33,887 bases of DNA, taken from contig JAOZGP010000009.1 of assembly GCA_027491735.1 (NCBI GenBank), forward strand, positions 1-33,887, read 5' to 3'. A program made the translations under genes and the position numbers. This document shows positions 26,273-33,887 of this stretch, piece after piece (position 1 is the first letter of the stretch; each line of letters begins with the position of its first letter). The notes under the pieces were generated by a model. That model had not been told where the DNA came from and searched no databases. It saw nothing but the letters and a program-made list of their open reading frames with translations. The DNA is from Thermoproteota archaeon. GTDB taxonomy: Archaea > Korarchaeota > Korarchaeia > Korarchaeales > Korarchaeaceae.

Positions 26273-27430
26273 TCAGAATAAAAGCTTACGAGCCACCTTT
26301 ATTGAGAGAACGGGATGGCTTAGAAGTTTTTTTGCTGTTTTAGTGATATTTATACCGTTAGCTAGGTTTACAACGTCCTCCTCACTGAGAACTTCAGCCA
26401 AGGTGTTGAGATCATTGTCGGAGAGACCTTCAAATACTCTAAGAGCTTTGAGACTATCCCTAATCCTCTTAATCCAAGGATCTCTATACCCCTCAATGAA
26501 CCTGCTCAATCTCCTCTTTGAGGTACTTCCTTCCGACACTGCCTCCGCTGCAACCTCTCCAGCGATCTTTCCAGCAGCTATGGAGGAGTGTATTCCTCCT
26601 CCAGTAAATGGGATTACCGTCCCTGCAGCATCTCCGATGAGTATGATTCCATCATTCACAATCTCCTTCGCTAACCCGCCTATAGGGACGGCAGAACCAG
26701 CGGCGCCGAGAATTTTTGCACTTCCGAATATGTCTCGCCTCTCCGAGATGAACTTATCCAAGTATCTTCTGGGATCACCGGACCTAACGCCTATGCCTAC
26801 ATTGAAGATTTTATCGGATTTGGGAAAGATCCAAGCATAACCGCCAGGTGCCAGCTCATTGCCGAGGTATATATGGCCGCAGGTCGCATCAATTCTCAGT
26901 CCAGTCATTCTATATTGGTAGACAGGGATTAACTCCGTCCTGTTATCCATCCCAAGCGACTTAGCTACAACGGAGTTAAATCCATCCGCGCCTATCACAA
27001 CCTTCGTAATATAGGTGTCACGAGAGGTTTGGACTAGAAGACGATCTTCCTTACAAGAAACCCTTCGAACAGGCTCTCCAACCCTTATCTCCGATCCTTG
27101 TTCAGCAGCCTTTCTTGCAAGTTCTAGGAGAAACAGGTCTTTGTTTATGGCATAGCCCTTCTCGGTTATCTCAACGAATCTCCCGTTTGGAGCATAGACC
27201 CTCATGGATAGCTCTTTAGATACTATTCCAGGAGCAGGATCGATCCCTGCTGTTCGGAAAGTGGCCTTGCTCACACCCTCACCGCAAGGTTTCCAAGCTT
27301 TTATCTCAGACCTGGCCTCTATCAGCAATGTTTTAGCTCCACTGCTGGCAGATGAACCAGCTGCAGTTGAGCCAGCAGGACCAGCACCGACCACTATGAC
27401 GTCCCATTCCTCACTCAAGCTACCCCCCAC
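26273..27430 (-). CDS. Geranylgeranyl reductase family (digeranylgeranylglycerophospholipid reductase)
   Basis: VVGAGPAG, KPCGEG, IGADG, APGGYAWIFPK and IGDAAG...PFTGGGI. Confidence 0.9.
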   Translation of the reverse strand: MGGSLSEEWDVIVVGAGPAGSTAAGSSASSGAKTLLIEARSEIKAWKPCGEGVSKATFRTAGIDPAPGIVSKELSMRVYAPNGRFVEITEKGYAINKDLFLLELARKAAEQGSEIRVGEPVRRVSCKEDRLLVQTSRDTYITKVVIGADGFNSVVAKSLGMDNRTELIPVYQYRMTGLRIDATCGHIYLGNELAPGGYAWIFPKSDKIFNVGIGVRSGDPRRYLDKFISERRDIFGSAKILGAAGSAVPIGGLAKEIVNDGIILIGDAAGTVIPFTGGGIHSSIAAGKIAGEVAAEAVSEGSTSKRRLSRFIEGYRDPWIKRIRDSLKALRVFEGLSDNDLNTLAEVLSEEDVVNLANGINITKTAKKLLSHPVLSIKVARKLLF

Positions 27431-27590
27431 TGAACTGAGCCATCACAATTAAAAACTGTAACTTACTCAGCGAGGGTTTAACTCAGGAAGGTTATTTCGT
27501 CGATTGTAGAGTGAAGGAGTGTTGAAAGCTAAACCTTAAATGGGAGGGAGCTCTTTCATAGCCTGATCCTCTCCAGGCGGGGGGTACACT

Positions 27591-27863
27591 GTGCAGCTGT
27601 TTAAACCGCTACTTGAGGCACATTTTAGAATTTTAAGGAAGTTAGAGAGGGCAGGGAACGAAGGAATTGTTGCTTCTGAGCTAATTCCTGACAGGGCTGC
27701 TAGAGAATCTGTTTTGAGGATCTTATCCAGCAATGGATTAATAAGGAGGCGACGGAGGTTTAGAGGAGAGCGGATTTACATAACCCGCCGAGGACTAACA
27801 CTTTTGGAATCTATGGAAGAGGTGGGTAAACCTTTGGAGAGCGTTATCAGTTCACACACGTGA
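27591..27863 (+). CDS. Small winged-helix DNA-binding protein
   Basis: ILSSNGLIRRRR...IYITRRGLTLL recognition-helix/wing pattern; 90 aa. Confidence 0.65.
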   Translation: MQLFKPLLEAHFRILRKLERAGNEGIVASELIPDRAARESVLRILSSNGLIRRRRRFRGERIYITRRGLTLLESMEEVGKPLESVISSHT

Positions 27864-27926
27864 CTCTCTCCCCAACATTTTTATTTTCAGACCACCGATC
27901 CCACCGATCGTCCGAGTGGATGAGCG

Positions 27927-29669
27927 ATGAGAATAAGGGCCAGGGATGCATCTGCAAGACTTGGAGAAGTTCCAACGAGAGGAGGGCTCCTCAGAACTCC
28001 TAACTTCCTTCCAGTGTACAATCCCAATAAACCCCTGATCTCCCCCCAAGAGATGAAGGATGTTGGGGTCGAGGCCCTGATAACGAACTCCTACATAATA
28101 TACAAAAATCCCAGTCTCAGAGACAGGGCCATCTCGGAAGGACTTCATCGGATGTTGGCATTCGACGGAGTCATCATGACCGACTCTGGCGCCTACCAGC
28201 TTTACAGATATGGGGAGGTTGAGGCCTCAAACGAGGATATAATAAGATTTCAGCATAGGATAGGATCTGACATAGCTTCAATCCTTGATACCCCGATGGA
28301 CTCTGTGGTCGACAGGAAAAGAGCGGAGATTCTCGTCTCAATAACAATAAAACATGCTGAGGAGTGGAAAAGATTGAGCGGTGAGGTTGAGGGGACACTC
28401 TGGATTGGAACCCCCCAGGGTGGTTTGTACAAGGACCTCGTCAGAAGATCAGCTAAGAAGATCTCTGAGCTTGGTTTTCAATACTACGGCGTGGGCTCTA
28501 TCAAGAGAGCGCTTGAGAGCTATGACTTCTGGACACAAGCAGACCACCTCCTCTTCGTGAGAAGCTTCCTTCAACCCGACAGACCAATACATTTTTGGGG
28601 AATAGGGCATCCAGCCACCTTCTCTTTTTTCGTGGCTATAGGAGCAGATACGTTCGACTCCGCAAGCTATGCACTTTACGCCAAGGACGAGAGGTACATG
28701 ACCACTGATGGTACACTTAAATTGAGCGATCTGGAAGAGTTTCCCTGCAGTTGTCCTGTATGTATCAGAAGGACTCCGCAGGAGCTTAAGGAAATGGACC
28801 GAAATGAGAGGATGAGGCTGCTGGCTCTCCATAATCTCTATGTATGTGTTAAGGAGATGAGAACCATCAGGTCAGCTATAAGGGAGGGATGGCTCTGGAA
28901 CCTGGTTCAGAGAAGAGCCAGGTTCCACCCCTACCTCTTACATGCACTGAGAAAGACTCTGGAGGTTTACGGACGCCTTCTAAGTGAGTACGAGCCGTTC
29001 ACAAAGAGAAGAGCGATTATGTATCTGGGAGAGGAAAGTCGACTCCGGCCTGATGTTCAATTAGCTGCTAGAAGGATAAAGGGGATCGATGGCAGATCTT
29101 TCAGAACTGAGCTCTATGGCGACGTGCCGCTGGGACTTAAATACGCTTTTCCCTTCGGACAGACGGTCTACCTTGAGGAACTCGAGGTTTCTCAAGAACC
29201 TAAGGACGAGGAGATAGTGAGCGCGCTTCTGCAATATCAGTTTGGAAAGGAGGCGTCTGAGATCCTAAGATTTGGAGAGCTGCGATTGAACAGATCAGGA
29301 AAGACTGGAATGCCGCGAGATGTCTTCTTGTCAGATGTCAGAATTGGATTTATAAGGCCGGAGGACGGCCTATTCGTTCCGTCGCTTGATGGTGCAAGGC
29401 TTCTCGTGAAGGTCCTGCCTTTTCCCAAGGGGAGGATCATCGTCAAGGAGAGGTTCAGGAACGCTGTAGCTAGAGGAACTACCGTCTTCTCCCACTTTGT
29501 TGAGGATGGAGATCCAGACATCAGGCCCTATCAAGAGGTTATAGTGGTCTCAGTGGACGATCAGGTGCTGGCCACGGGTAAGACTATTCTCTCCTTCAGT
29601 GAGGTACGATTTTTTCGTGGACACCCCTTCGTCAGGATAAGACATCATGTTCTTAGTCGAGTGGAGTGA
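27927..29669 (+). CDS. tgtA: Archaeosine tRNA-guanine(15) transglycosylase with PUA domain
   Basis: TPNFLPV, ITNSY, MTDSGAYQ, QGG, DTFDSASY, CSCPVC...LHN zinc site and C-terminal PUA domain. Confidence 0.95.
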   Translation: MRIRARDASARLGEVPTRGGLLRTPNFLPVYNPNKPLISPQEMKDVGVEALITNSYIIYKNPSLRDRAISEGLHRMLAFDGVIMTDSGAYQLYRYGEVEASNEDIIRFQHRIGSDIASILDTPMDSVVDRKRAEILVSITIKHAEEWKRLSGEVEGTLWIGTPQGGLYKDLVRRSAKKISELGFQYYGVGSIKRALESYDFWTQADHLLFVRSFLQPDRPIHFWGIGHPATFSFFVAIGADTFDSASYALYAKDERYMTTDGTLKLSDLEEFPCSCPVCIRRTPQELKEMDRNERMRLLALHNLYVCVKEMRTIRSAIREGWLWNLVQRRARFHPYLLHALRKTLEVYGRLLSEYEPFTKRRAIMYLGEESRLRPDVQLAARRIKGIDGRSFRTELYGDVPLGLKYAFPFGQTVYLEELEVSQEPKDEEIVSALLQYQFGKEASEILRFGELRLNRSGKTGMPRDVFLSDVRIGFIRPEDGLFVPSLDGARLLVKVLPFPKGRIIVKERFRNAVARGTTVFSHFVEDGDPDIRPYQEVIVVSVDDQVLATGKTILSFSEVRFFRGHPFVRIRHHVLSRVE

Positions 29670-30207
29670 AGCACTCGAGAAGCTCCCTGAAAACCTTTAT
29701 CCTGACGTCAGGTGTGATGGTCACCTTCACCATCCCCAGGCGAGGTTGACCATAGACGAAGACTGAGCCCATTGGAAGAAGAAGGGCTGCTGGATAACCA
29801 ATCAGATCCTCCTCTCCATTTACAATGAGCAAGACCTTCATCCCGTTCATAGCAAGGACCACGGATTCCAAGAAACTTTTCCACGCCTCTTTAGTTATGA
29901 AACCAGGGGGGTTGTTGCAGACCTTCACTTTGTACAGGTCCAGCTCTCCCAGAGATTCCCTTGGATACTCTGCCCTGCTCCGTTGTTCTCTTAGATCGAT
30001 AACGCATATGTCTGGCTTTACTCCCTGGGCTAAAAGCTCTCTTGTCACTCTATCTCCTATTGATACAAGCATCCGATGCTCCGTGTTGGACAGCTTGCCC
30101 ACAAGAGAACCCTTCAGCTTCCTGGCAGTAGATCTGCAGGTTTCCTTCAGCCTCAGATCGTGAGCGAGAAAGGGGATCAGTTCCCCCCTTACAAATACGT
30201 CGACCAT
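29653..30207 (-). CDS. GTP-dependent dephospho-CoA kinase (DUF359)
   Basis: SIGDRVT, VIDLREQR, NPPGFIT, GEEDL and YGQPRLG. Start ATG 30207 likely (track 30228). Confidence 0.85.
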   Translation of the reverse strand: MVDVFVRGELIPFLAHDLRLKETCRSTARKLKGSLVGKLSNTEHRMLVSIGDRVTRELLAQGVKPDICVIDLREQRSRAEYPRESLGELDLYKVKVCNNPPGFITKEAWKSFLESVVLAMNGMKVLLIVNGEEDLIGYPAALLLPMGSVFVYGQPRLGMVKVTITPDVRIKVFRELLECFTPLD

Positions 30208-30249
30208 GGCTCCACCTTCAGCGTTCATCGAACTATTGGAGCAGTTCTA

Positions 30250-30323
30250 TGGGGGCGCCGGGATTTGAACCCGGGTCTGAGGCTCCCAAGGCCTCCATCC
30301 TAGCCAAGCTAGACTACGCCCCC
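30250..30323 (-). tRNA. tRNA-Pro (TGG)
   Basis: Acceptor GGGGGCG/CGCCCCC with A73. Anticodon arm GAGGC-CT-TGG-GA-GCCTC. T arm CCGGGTTCAAATCCCGG. Confidence 0.96.
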
Positions 30324-30346
30324 GAGGAAGAGGCTTTGCCAAGTGA

Positions 30347-30832
30347 TTAAAAATGTTTTTTCAGCTTACGGTACATAGACTCCAGAGAGTCGCTTATTAC
30401 CTTCGTGTCGGATATCACCGGCATGAAGTTGGTATCCCCGTTCCACCTGGGAACGACGTGAACGTGGACATGGCCCTCGAAACCCGCTCCAGCTACTCTC
30501 CCTATATTAACACCTACATTGAACCCGTCAGGATTCAGAGCCTTTCTTAAAACCTCTATCGCTTTGTTCACTGAGAGCCAAAGCTCTTTGGTCTCCTTCT
30601 CATCCAGCAATTCGAGGGAGGGTACGTGAGAGTAAGGTGCCACCATCAGGTGACCTGGGTTATAGGGATATCTGTTCATGAGGATGAAGGTCCTATCTGA
30701 GCGCATCAATATCAGAGCGTTCTCATCTGATTCTGAGGGAAGCTTGCAGAAGATACATTCGGTCCCTTTATCGGAGGCCGTTTCTATATATTCTATCCTC
30801 CAAACAGCCCACAGCCTTCGGAGGTAGCTCAA
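30347..30832 (-). CDS. HIT family nucleotide hydrolase/phosphorylase
   Basis: LWAVWR, CIFC, NRYPYNPGHLM, HVHVHVVPRW and DTNFMP. Confidence 0.92.
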   Translation of the reverse strand: MSYLRRLWAVWRIEYIETASDKGTECIFCKLPSESDENALILMRSDRTFILMNRYPYNPGHLMVAPYSHVPSLELLDEKETKELWLSVNKAIEVLRKALNPDGFNVGVNIGRVAGAGFEGHVHVHVVPRWNGDTNFMPVISDTKVISDSLESMYRKLKKHF

Positions 30833-31218
30833 AGTTCTCCCTCCATGAGAAGGGATATCGCCTCAGCCAAATCTCCTCCTGTCTTGATCAAAGCCTCTCT
30901 AGCTTTCTCCTCTGATACCTTGGCCTGCGAAGCCACGAGTTTAACGTCCTCATCAGATGGAGCAGGTATCTGCTCTATTCTTTCTCTTTCCTCGTCCTTT
31001 ATTTCTTCTACATGGGTTGTCCTCACTTCATAACTTCCAGTTATCTGGAAGATCTCCTGGCCAGAGAACTTTGTCTTTATGACGCTGGGGTTCCTGAACA
31101 GATATTCCTCACCGCTCTCCAACCGAATTATTACTTCTGATGCGCTCAGTTCGTTGAAGTTTATATCCATCCCTCTGAAGGCCTTGCGGAGTTTGCGCAT
31201 ATTGAGACCACTAGACAT
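30829..31218 (-). CDS. nac: Nascent polypeptide-associated complex (archaeal NAC)
   Basis: NAC beta domain (EVII...PSV...FQITG) plus UBA-like DVKLVASQAKVSEEKAREAL...GDLAEAI. Confidence 0.9.
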   Translation of the reverse strand: MSSGLNMRKLRKAFRGMDINFNELSASEVIIRLESGEEYLFRNPSVIKTKFSGQEIFQITGSYEVRTTHVEEIKDEERERIEQIPAPSDEDVKLVASQAKVSEEKAREALIKTGGDLAEAISLLMEGEL

Positions 31219-31263
31219 AAGTTATGTCCCTAGGCTACTCATTAAAAAGTATCGAGTGAGACC

Positions 31264-31851
31264 TTGAGTAGGAGATCCGAGTTGACCAGAGGGCAGGTAT
31301 ATGTCTGTGAGGTATGCGGGAAGACCTTGGTAGGAGTTCCCACAGTTCTTGACCTAGGCCACTGCAAGATCACCATATGTCCCAAGTGTGCTAGAAAGAT
31401 AAGAGCGGAGAGAATAAGCAGAGAAGAGAGGAAGGTTGTTATCAGAAGAGAGGAGCGTCCTCCCATTCTAGAGAGGAGGAAACTTCCAAGGGTGGAGAAG
31501 AAGGTTCCTGCTGCCAGGAGAAAAGCCTCTTCCGAGGAGGTAGACCTGATAGACGGTTATGGGATGAGGATCAGAAAAGCGAGGGAATCTCTTGGACTCA
31601 CTGTCGAGCATGTGGCCAAGGCCCTGAACGTCAAAGCATCGCTCATAAGACATATAGAGGCTGAGGAGATCATACCACCCGTACACATAGCCAGAGGACT
31701 CGAGAAGCTGTTAGATATAAAGATAATAACCAGAAATCCAATTGAATCTCCGGACGCCTACGGCTCCGCTCCCACCACGTCAGTGGGTTTTAGAAAGCCT
31801 ACGATAGGGGAGATGGTAGATATAAAGGTTAAGAAGAATAGGAAGGAGTAG
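31264..31851 (+). CDS. Multiprotein bridging factor aMBF1 (Zn ribbon + HTH)
   Basis: CEVCG...CPKC, YGMRIRKARESLGLT HTH and C-terminal TIGE. Confidence 0.9.
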   Translation: MSRRSELTRGQVYVCEVCGKTLVGVPTVLDLGHCKITICPKCARKIRAERISREERKVVIRREERPPILERRKLPRVEKKVPAARRKASSEEVDLIDGYGMRIRKARESLGLTVEHVAKALNVKASLIRHIEAEEIIPPVHIARGLEKLLDIKIITRNPIESPDAYGSAPTTSVGFRKPTIGEMVDIKVKKNRKE

Positions 31852-31853
31852 AT

Positions 31854-33008
31854 ATGCCGACCAATCTCCCTCCTGAGGCTCTCAAGAAATGGGACGAGTA
31901 TTCTAGAGCGAGCACTCCTGAGGAGAAGTTCATCAAGCTGAGAGAGTTTTATGCCCTAATACCCAAACACAAGGGGACCGAAAAGCTGGAGAAGTTCATA
32001 AGAAGAAGGATGTCCGAGCTTCGTAAGGAGATTGAGAGGCAAAGGGCAGCTAGGTCGAAAAGAGGAATTGGATTTACTGTGGAGAAGAGGGGTGCTGCTC
32101 AGCTTGTCTTGATAGGCTGTACCAACTCAGGAAGGAGTACTTTGCTCTCTCTGCTCACCAATGCCAGACCAGAGATCTCTAGCGCCCCGTATACAACTGT
32201 TAACAGGCCTGAGGAAGGTATGATGGAATTTTCAGGGGCTAAAATTCAGATAGTAGAGGCTCCTCCGCTTGTTGTGGGAGGAGGACGGCTCACGAACCTC
32301 GCCATGACGCTGGCCTACAATGCTGACGCTTTAGGGATTGTCGTCAACAGCCACTCACTGGAGGATCTTGGGTCCATACTTGAGGTGCTCTCAAAGCATA
32401 GTATAGAGATCAGAAGGCCTGAGGGGTTCGTTCGCATCAAGAGGAGCAGAGCAGCTCCTGGCATCATAATAAGAAGGAAAGGTATACTTATCGATTGTAA
32501 GGAGAGCGATGTCAGGGAGCTTTTGAGAAGATATGGTGTTCGAAATGCCTATGTTGATGTAGAGGGAAGGGTTCGCCTATCTGATGTGGAATCAGCTCTC
32601 TTTAGAGAGATCAGATACAAGCCCTCAGTTCTGTTTGTGTCTAGGGGTGATCTCCTGAATGAGGAGAACTTGAAGCTTCTCAGATCACGTTACAATTTTT
32701 TCATAGATATCGTGCCCTTCACCAGCAACTCGATCATAGACAAGGAGGATTTGGGCAAGAAGATCTTGGACGCCTTGGGTCTCATTAGAATTTACACGAG
32801 GAATAAGATGGATAAAGAGGCTTCTGATAAGGCTCTTATCGTCAAGAGAGGATCTACTGCTCTAGATGTTGCTAGGATCATTCATGAGGAGCTTTATAGA
32901 AGATTTAGATATGCTAAAGTTTGGAGTGAAAGGCTTCCCTATAGCCCCATGAGGATCGGTCCTGATTTCGAGCTTGAGGATGGAGATCTCATCGAGATCG
33001 TCTGTTAG
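31854..33008 (+). CDS. DRG/OBG-family GTPase-like protein with TGS domain
   Basis: MPTNLP, PKHKGTE, GAAQ, PYTT and TGS region (IHEEL...YAKVW...LEDGDLIEI). G motifs partly deviant. Confidence 0.88.
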   Translation: MPTNLPPEALKKWDEYSRASTPEEKFIKLREFYALIPKHKGTEKLEKFIRRRMSELRKEIERQRAARSKRGIGFTVEKRGAAQLVLIGCTNSGRSTLLSLLTNARPEISSAPYTTVNRPEEGMMEFSGAKIQIVEAPPLVVGGGRLTNLAMTLAYNADALGIVVNSHSLEDLGSILEVLSKHSIEIRRPEGFVRIKRSRAAPGIIIRRKGILIDCKESDVRELLRRYGVRNAYVDVEGRVRLSDVESALFREIRYKPSVLFVSRGDLLNEENLKLLRSRYNFFIDIVPFTSNSIIDKEDLGKKILDALGLIRIYTRNKMDKEASDKALIVKRGSTALDVARIIHEELYRRFRYAKVWSERLPYSPMRIGPDFELEDGDLIEIVC

Positions 33009-33020
33009 AGGTGTGAACCT

Positions 33021-33731
33021 ATGGGCACATATGAGGAGAAGCTTCTAGTCTCTAAAGAGGCGGTAAAGATCCTCAGAAAGGAGGAACCTCGGAGAGTGGG
33101 TCTCGGATCCGGAACGACGATGGAGGTGTTCGTCAGGGAACTATCAAGGGATCCCATTTCAAGAAAAATTAACTTTGTTGCAAGCTCGAGAGCTATAAGG
33201 GTTATTGCCAAGAGGTTGGGGCTCTCAGTAGAGGATGAAGAGGGGTTTGAACCTGTCGACATGACGTTCGATGGTGCTGATGAGGTCGACGATCAGCTCA
33301 ATCTCCTCAAGGGGGGAGGGGGCTTCTTGACTCGAGAGAGGATATTGGCCGACTCTTCAGAAAAATACATAATCCTGGTAGATCACACGAAGGTCGTCAG
33401 ACAATTATGCACGGGCAAACCTCTTCCCGTGGAGGTAGTGAGATTTGGGGTGCTAAATACAGCTAAGAAGATATCCAGGCTAACCAACGGTAGGGTCACC
33501 TTGAGAAGGAGAAGTGAGGGCGTTTTTGTGACAGAAAACGGTAACTACATCTTAGATGTCCTCTTGGAGCCGTTGAATGACCCAATGGAGACATATAACA
33601 GACTTAAACTCACCTCAGGCGTTGTCGAAGTTGGCCTCTTCTGTCATCTAGCAGATCTCGTGTTGATAGGAGAGGGAAAATCAGTGAAATCACTGTCGCC
33701 AACCAGAAGCAGCCCAATTGAGAGGGTTTAA
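33021..33731 (+). CDS. rpiA: Ribose-5-phosphate isomerase A
   Basis: GLGSGTT, DGADE, KGGGG...RE, PVEV, TENGN and GVVEVGLF. Confidence 0.96.
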   Translation: MGTYEEKLLVSKEAVKILRKEEPRRVGLGSGTTMEVFVRELSRDPISRKINFVASSRAIRVIAKRLGLSVEDEEGFEPVDMTFDGADEVDDQLNLLKGGGGFLTRERILADSSEKYIILVDHTKVVRQLCTGKPLPVEVVRFGVLNTAKKISRLTNGRVTLRRRSEGVFVTENGNYILDVLLEPLNDPMETYNRLKLTSGVVEVGLFCHLADLVLIGEGKSVKSLSPTRSSPIERV

Positions 33732-33886
33732 TGACTCCGCTCCTGCTTCTTAGTTGTGTGCAGTTGACCTCCTCCCCGCACTGAAGTGCGAGGATTCCTA
33801 ACGGTTGCGTATATCCTCAGCCCCTTGCCAAGGATATACGTGGGGTGGGCCAGCACCCCGTTAAACCAACCTGCCCGCAAGGAGCA
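33728..33886 (-). CDS. tnpB: Probable 3' tail of a tnpB ORF (partial, continues beyond window)
   Basis: Open minus-strand frame ...WFNGVLAHP...RNPRTSVRGGGQLHTTKKQERSH*. The NGVLAHP and RGGGQ peptides resemble tnpB tails that overlap the right end. The catalytic region is not in the window. Confidence 0.4.
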   Translation of the reverse strand, partial: CSLRAGWFNGVLAHPTYILGKGLRIYATVRNPRTSVRGGGQLHTTKKQERSH

Positions 33887-33887
33887 G
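33764..33887 (-). mobile_element. Right end of an IS200/IS605-family element with omegaRNA (reRNA)-like scaffold
   Basis: Minus strand ends GGAATCCTCGCACTTCAGTGCGGGGAGGAGGTCAA (subterminal hairpin plus TCAA). Further stems CGTATATCCT/AGGATATACG, GGGGTG/CACCCC and TAACGG/CCGTTA. Confidence 0.82.

Noticed and set aside
26151-26840. 229-aa plus-strand ORF
   Set aside because: Antisense to the well-supported GGR and trmI genes, with no recognisable domain. The same applies to the other antisense ORFs in the track, such as 2142-2621, 17028-17546 and 24888-25343.
30076-30303. 75-aa plus-strand ORF
   Set aside because: Antisense to the dephospho-CoA kinase gene and tRNA-Pro.
33737-33887. Imperfect inverted repeat CCGCTCCTGC / GCAAGGAGCAG suggesting a MITE with terminal inverted repeats
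   Set aside because: Short and gapped, and cut by the window edge. The IS200/IS605 right-end model, which has no terminal inverted repeats, fits better.
1-33887. CRISPR array, rRNA, provirus or integrated element at the tRNAs, defence genes
   Set aside because: No regularly spaced repeats, rRNA signature, integrase or duplicated tRNA 3' ends (att sites) were seen by eye.

Overview
Compact core-genome region of an archaeon, probably thermophilic and TACK-like. The lineage call is inference from GINS23 next to MCM, a beta1-type proteasome subunit, a short PurA, a tRNA intron with a bulge-helix-bulge (BHB) motif and tRNA genes without encoded CCA. The window opens with a translation cluster (rpl7ae-rps28e-rpl24e-aIF5B-rps6e-aIF2gamma). 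It contains four tRNA genes: Gly-TCC with an intron, Thr-GGT, Leu-CAA and Pro-TGG. Replication and repair genes are GINS23, an intein-containing MCM and Hel308. RNA processing and modification genes are RNase Z, a degenerate Trm11-like protein, a beta-CASP nuclease, TrmI and archaeosine TGT. The remaining genes are purA, purB, proteasome beta, M20 and M50 peptidases, NOG1, a membrane-anchored wHTH protein, a Toprim protein, UPF0201, NAD kinase, oapABC, geranylgeranyl reductase, dephospho-CoA kinase, HIT, NAC, MBF1, a DRG-like GTPase and rpiA. The right edge holds the right end and omegaRNA-like scaffold of an IS200/IS605 (tnpB) element. Four observations are the most unusual. (1) The NAD kinase reading frame runs through a whole same-strand tRNA-Leu gene, upstream of an apparently inactive Trm11 paralog and RNase Z. 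(2) The tRNA-Gly has C at the near-invariant U33 position. (3) The MCM intein has a decayed homing endonuclease. (4) An unexplained GC-rich structured stretch lies at the left edge. No CRISPR array or recognisable rRNA was seen. All calls come from reading motifs by eye; no database searches were run.
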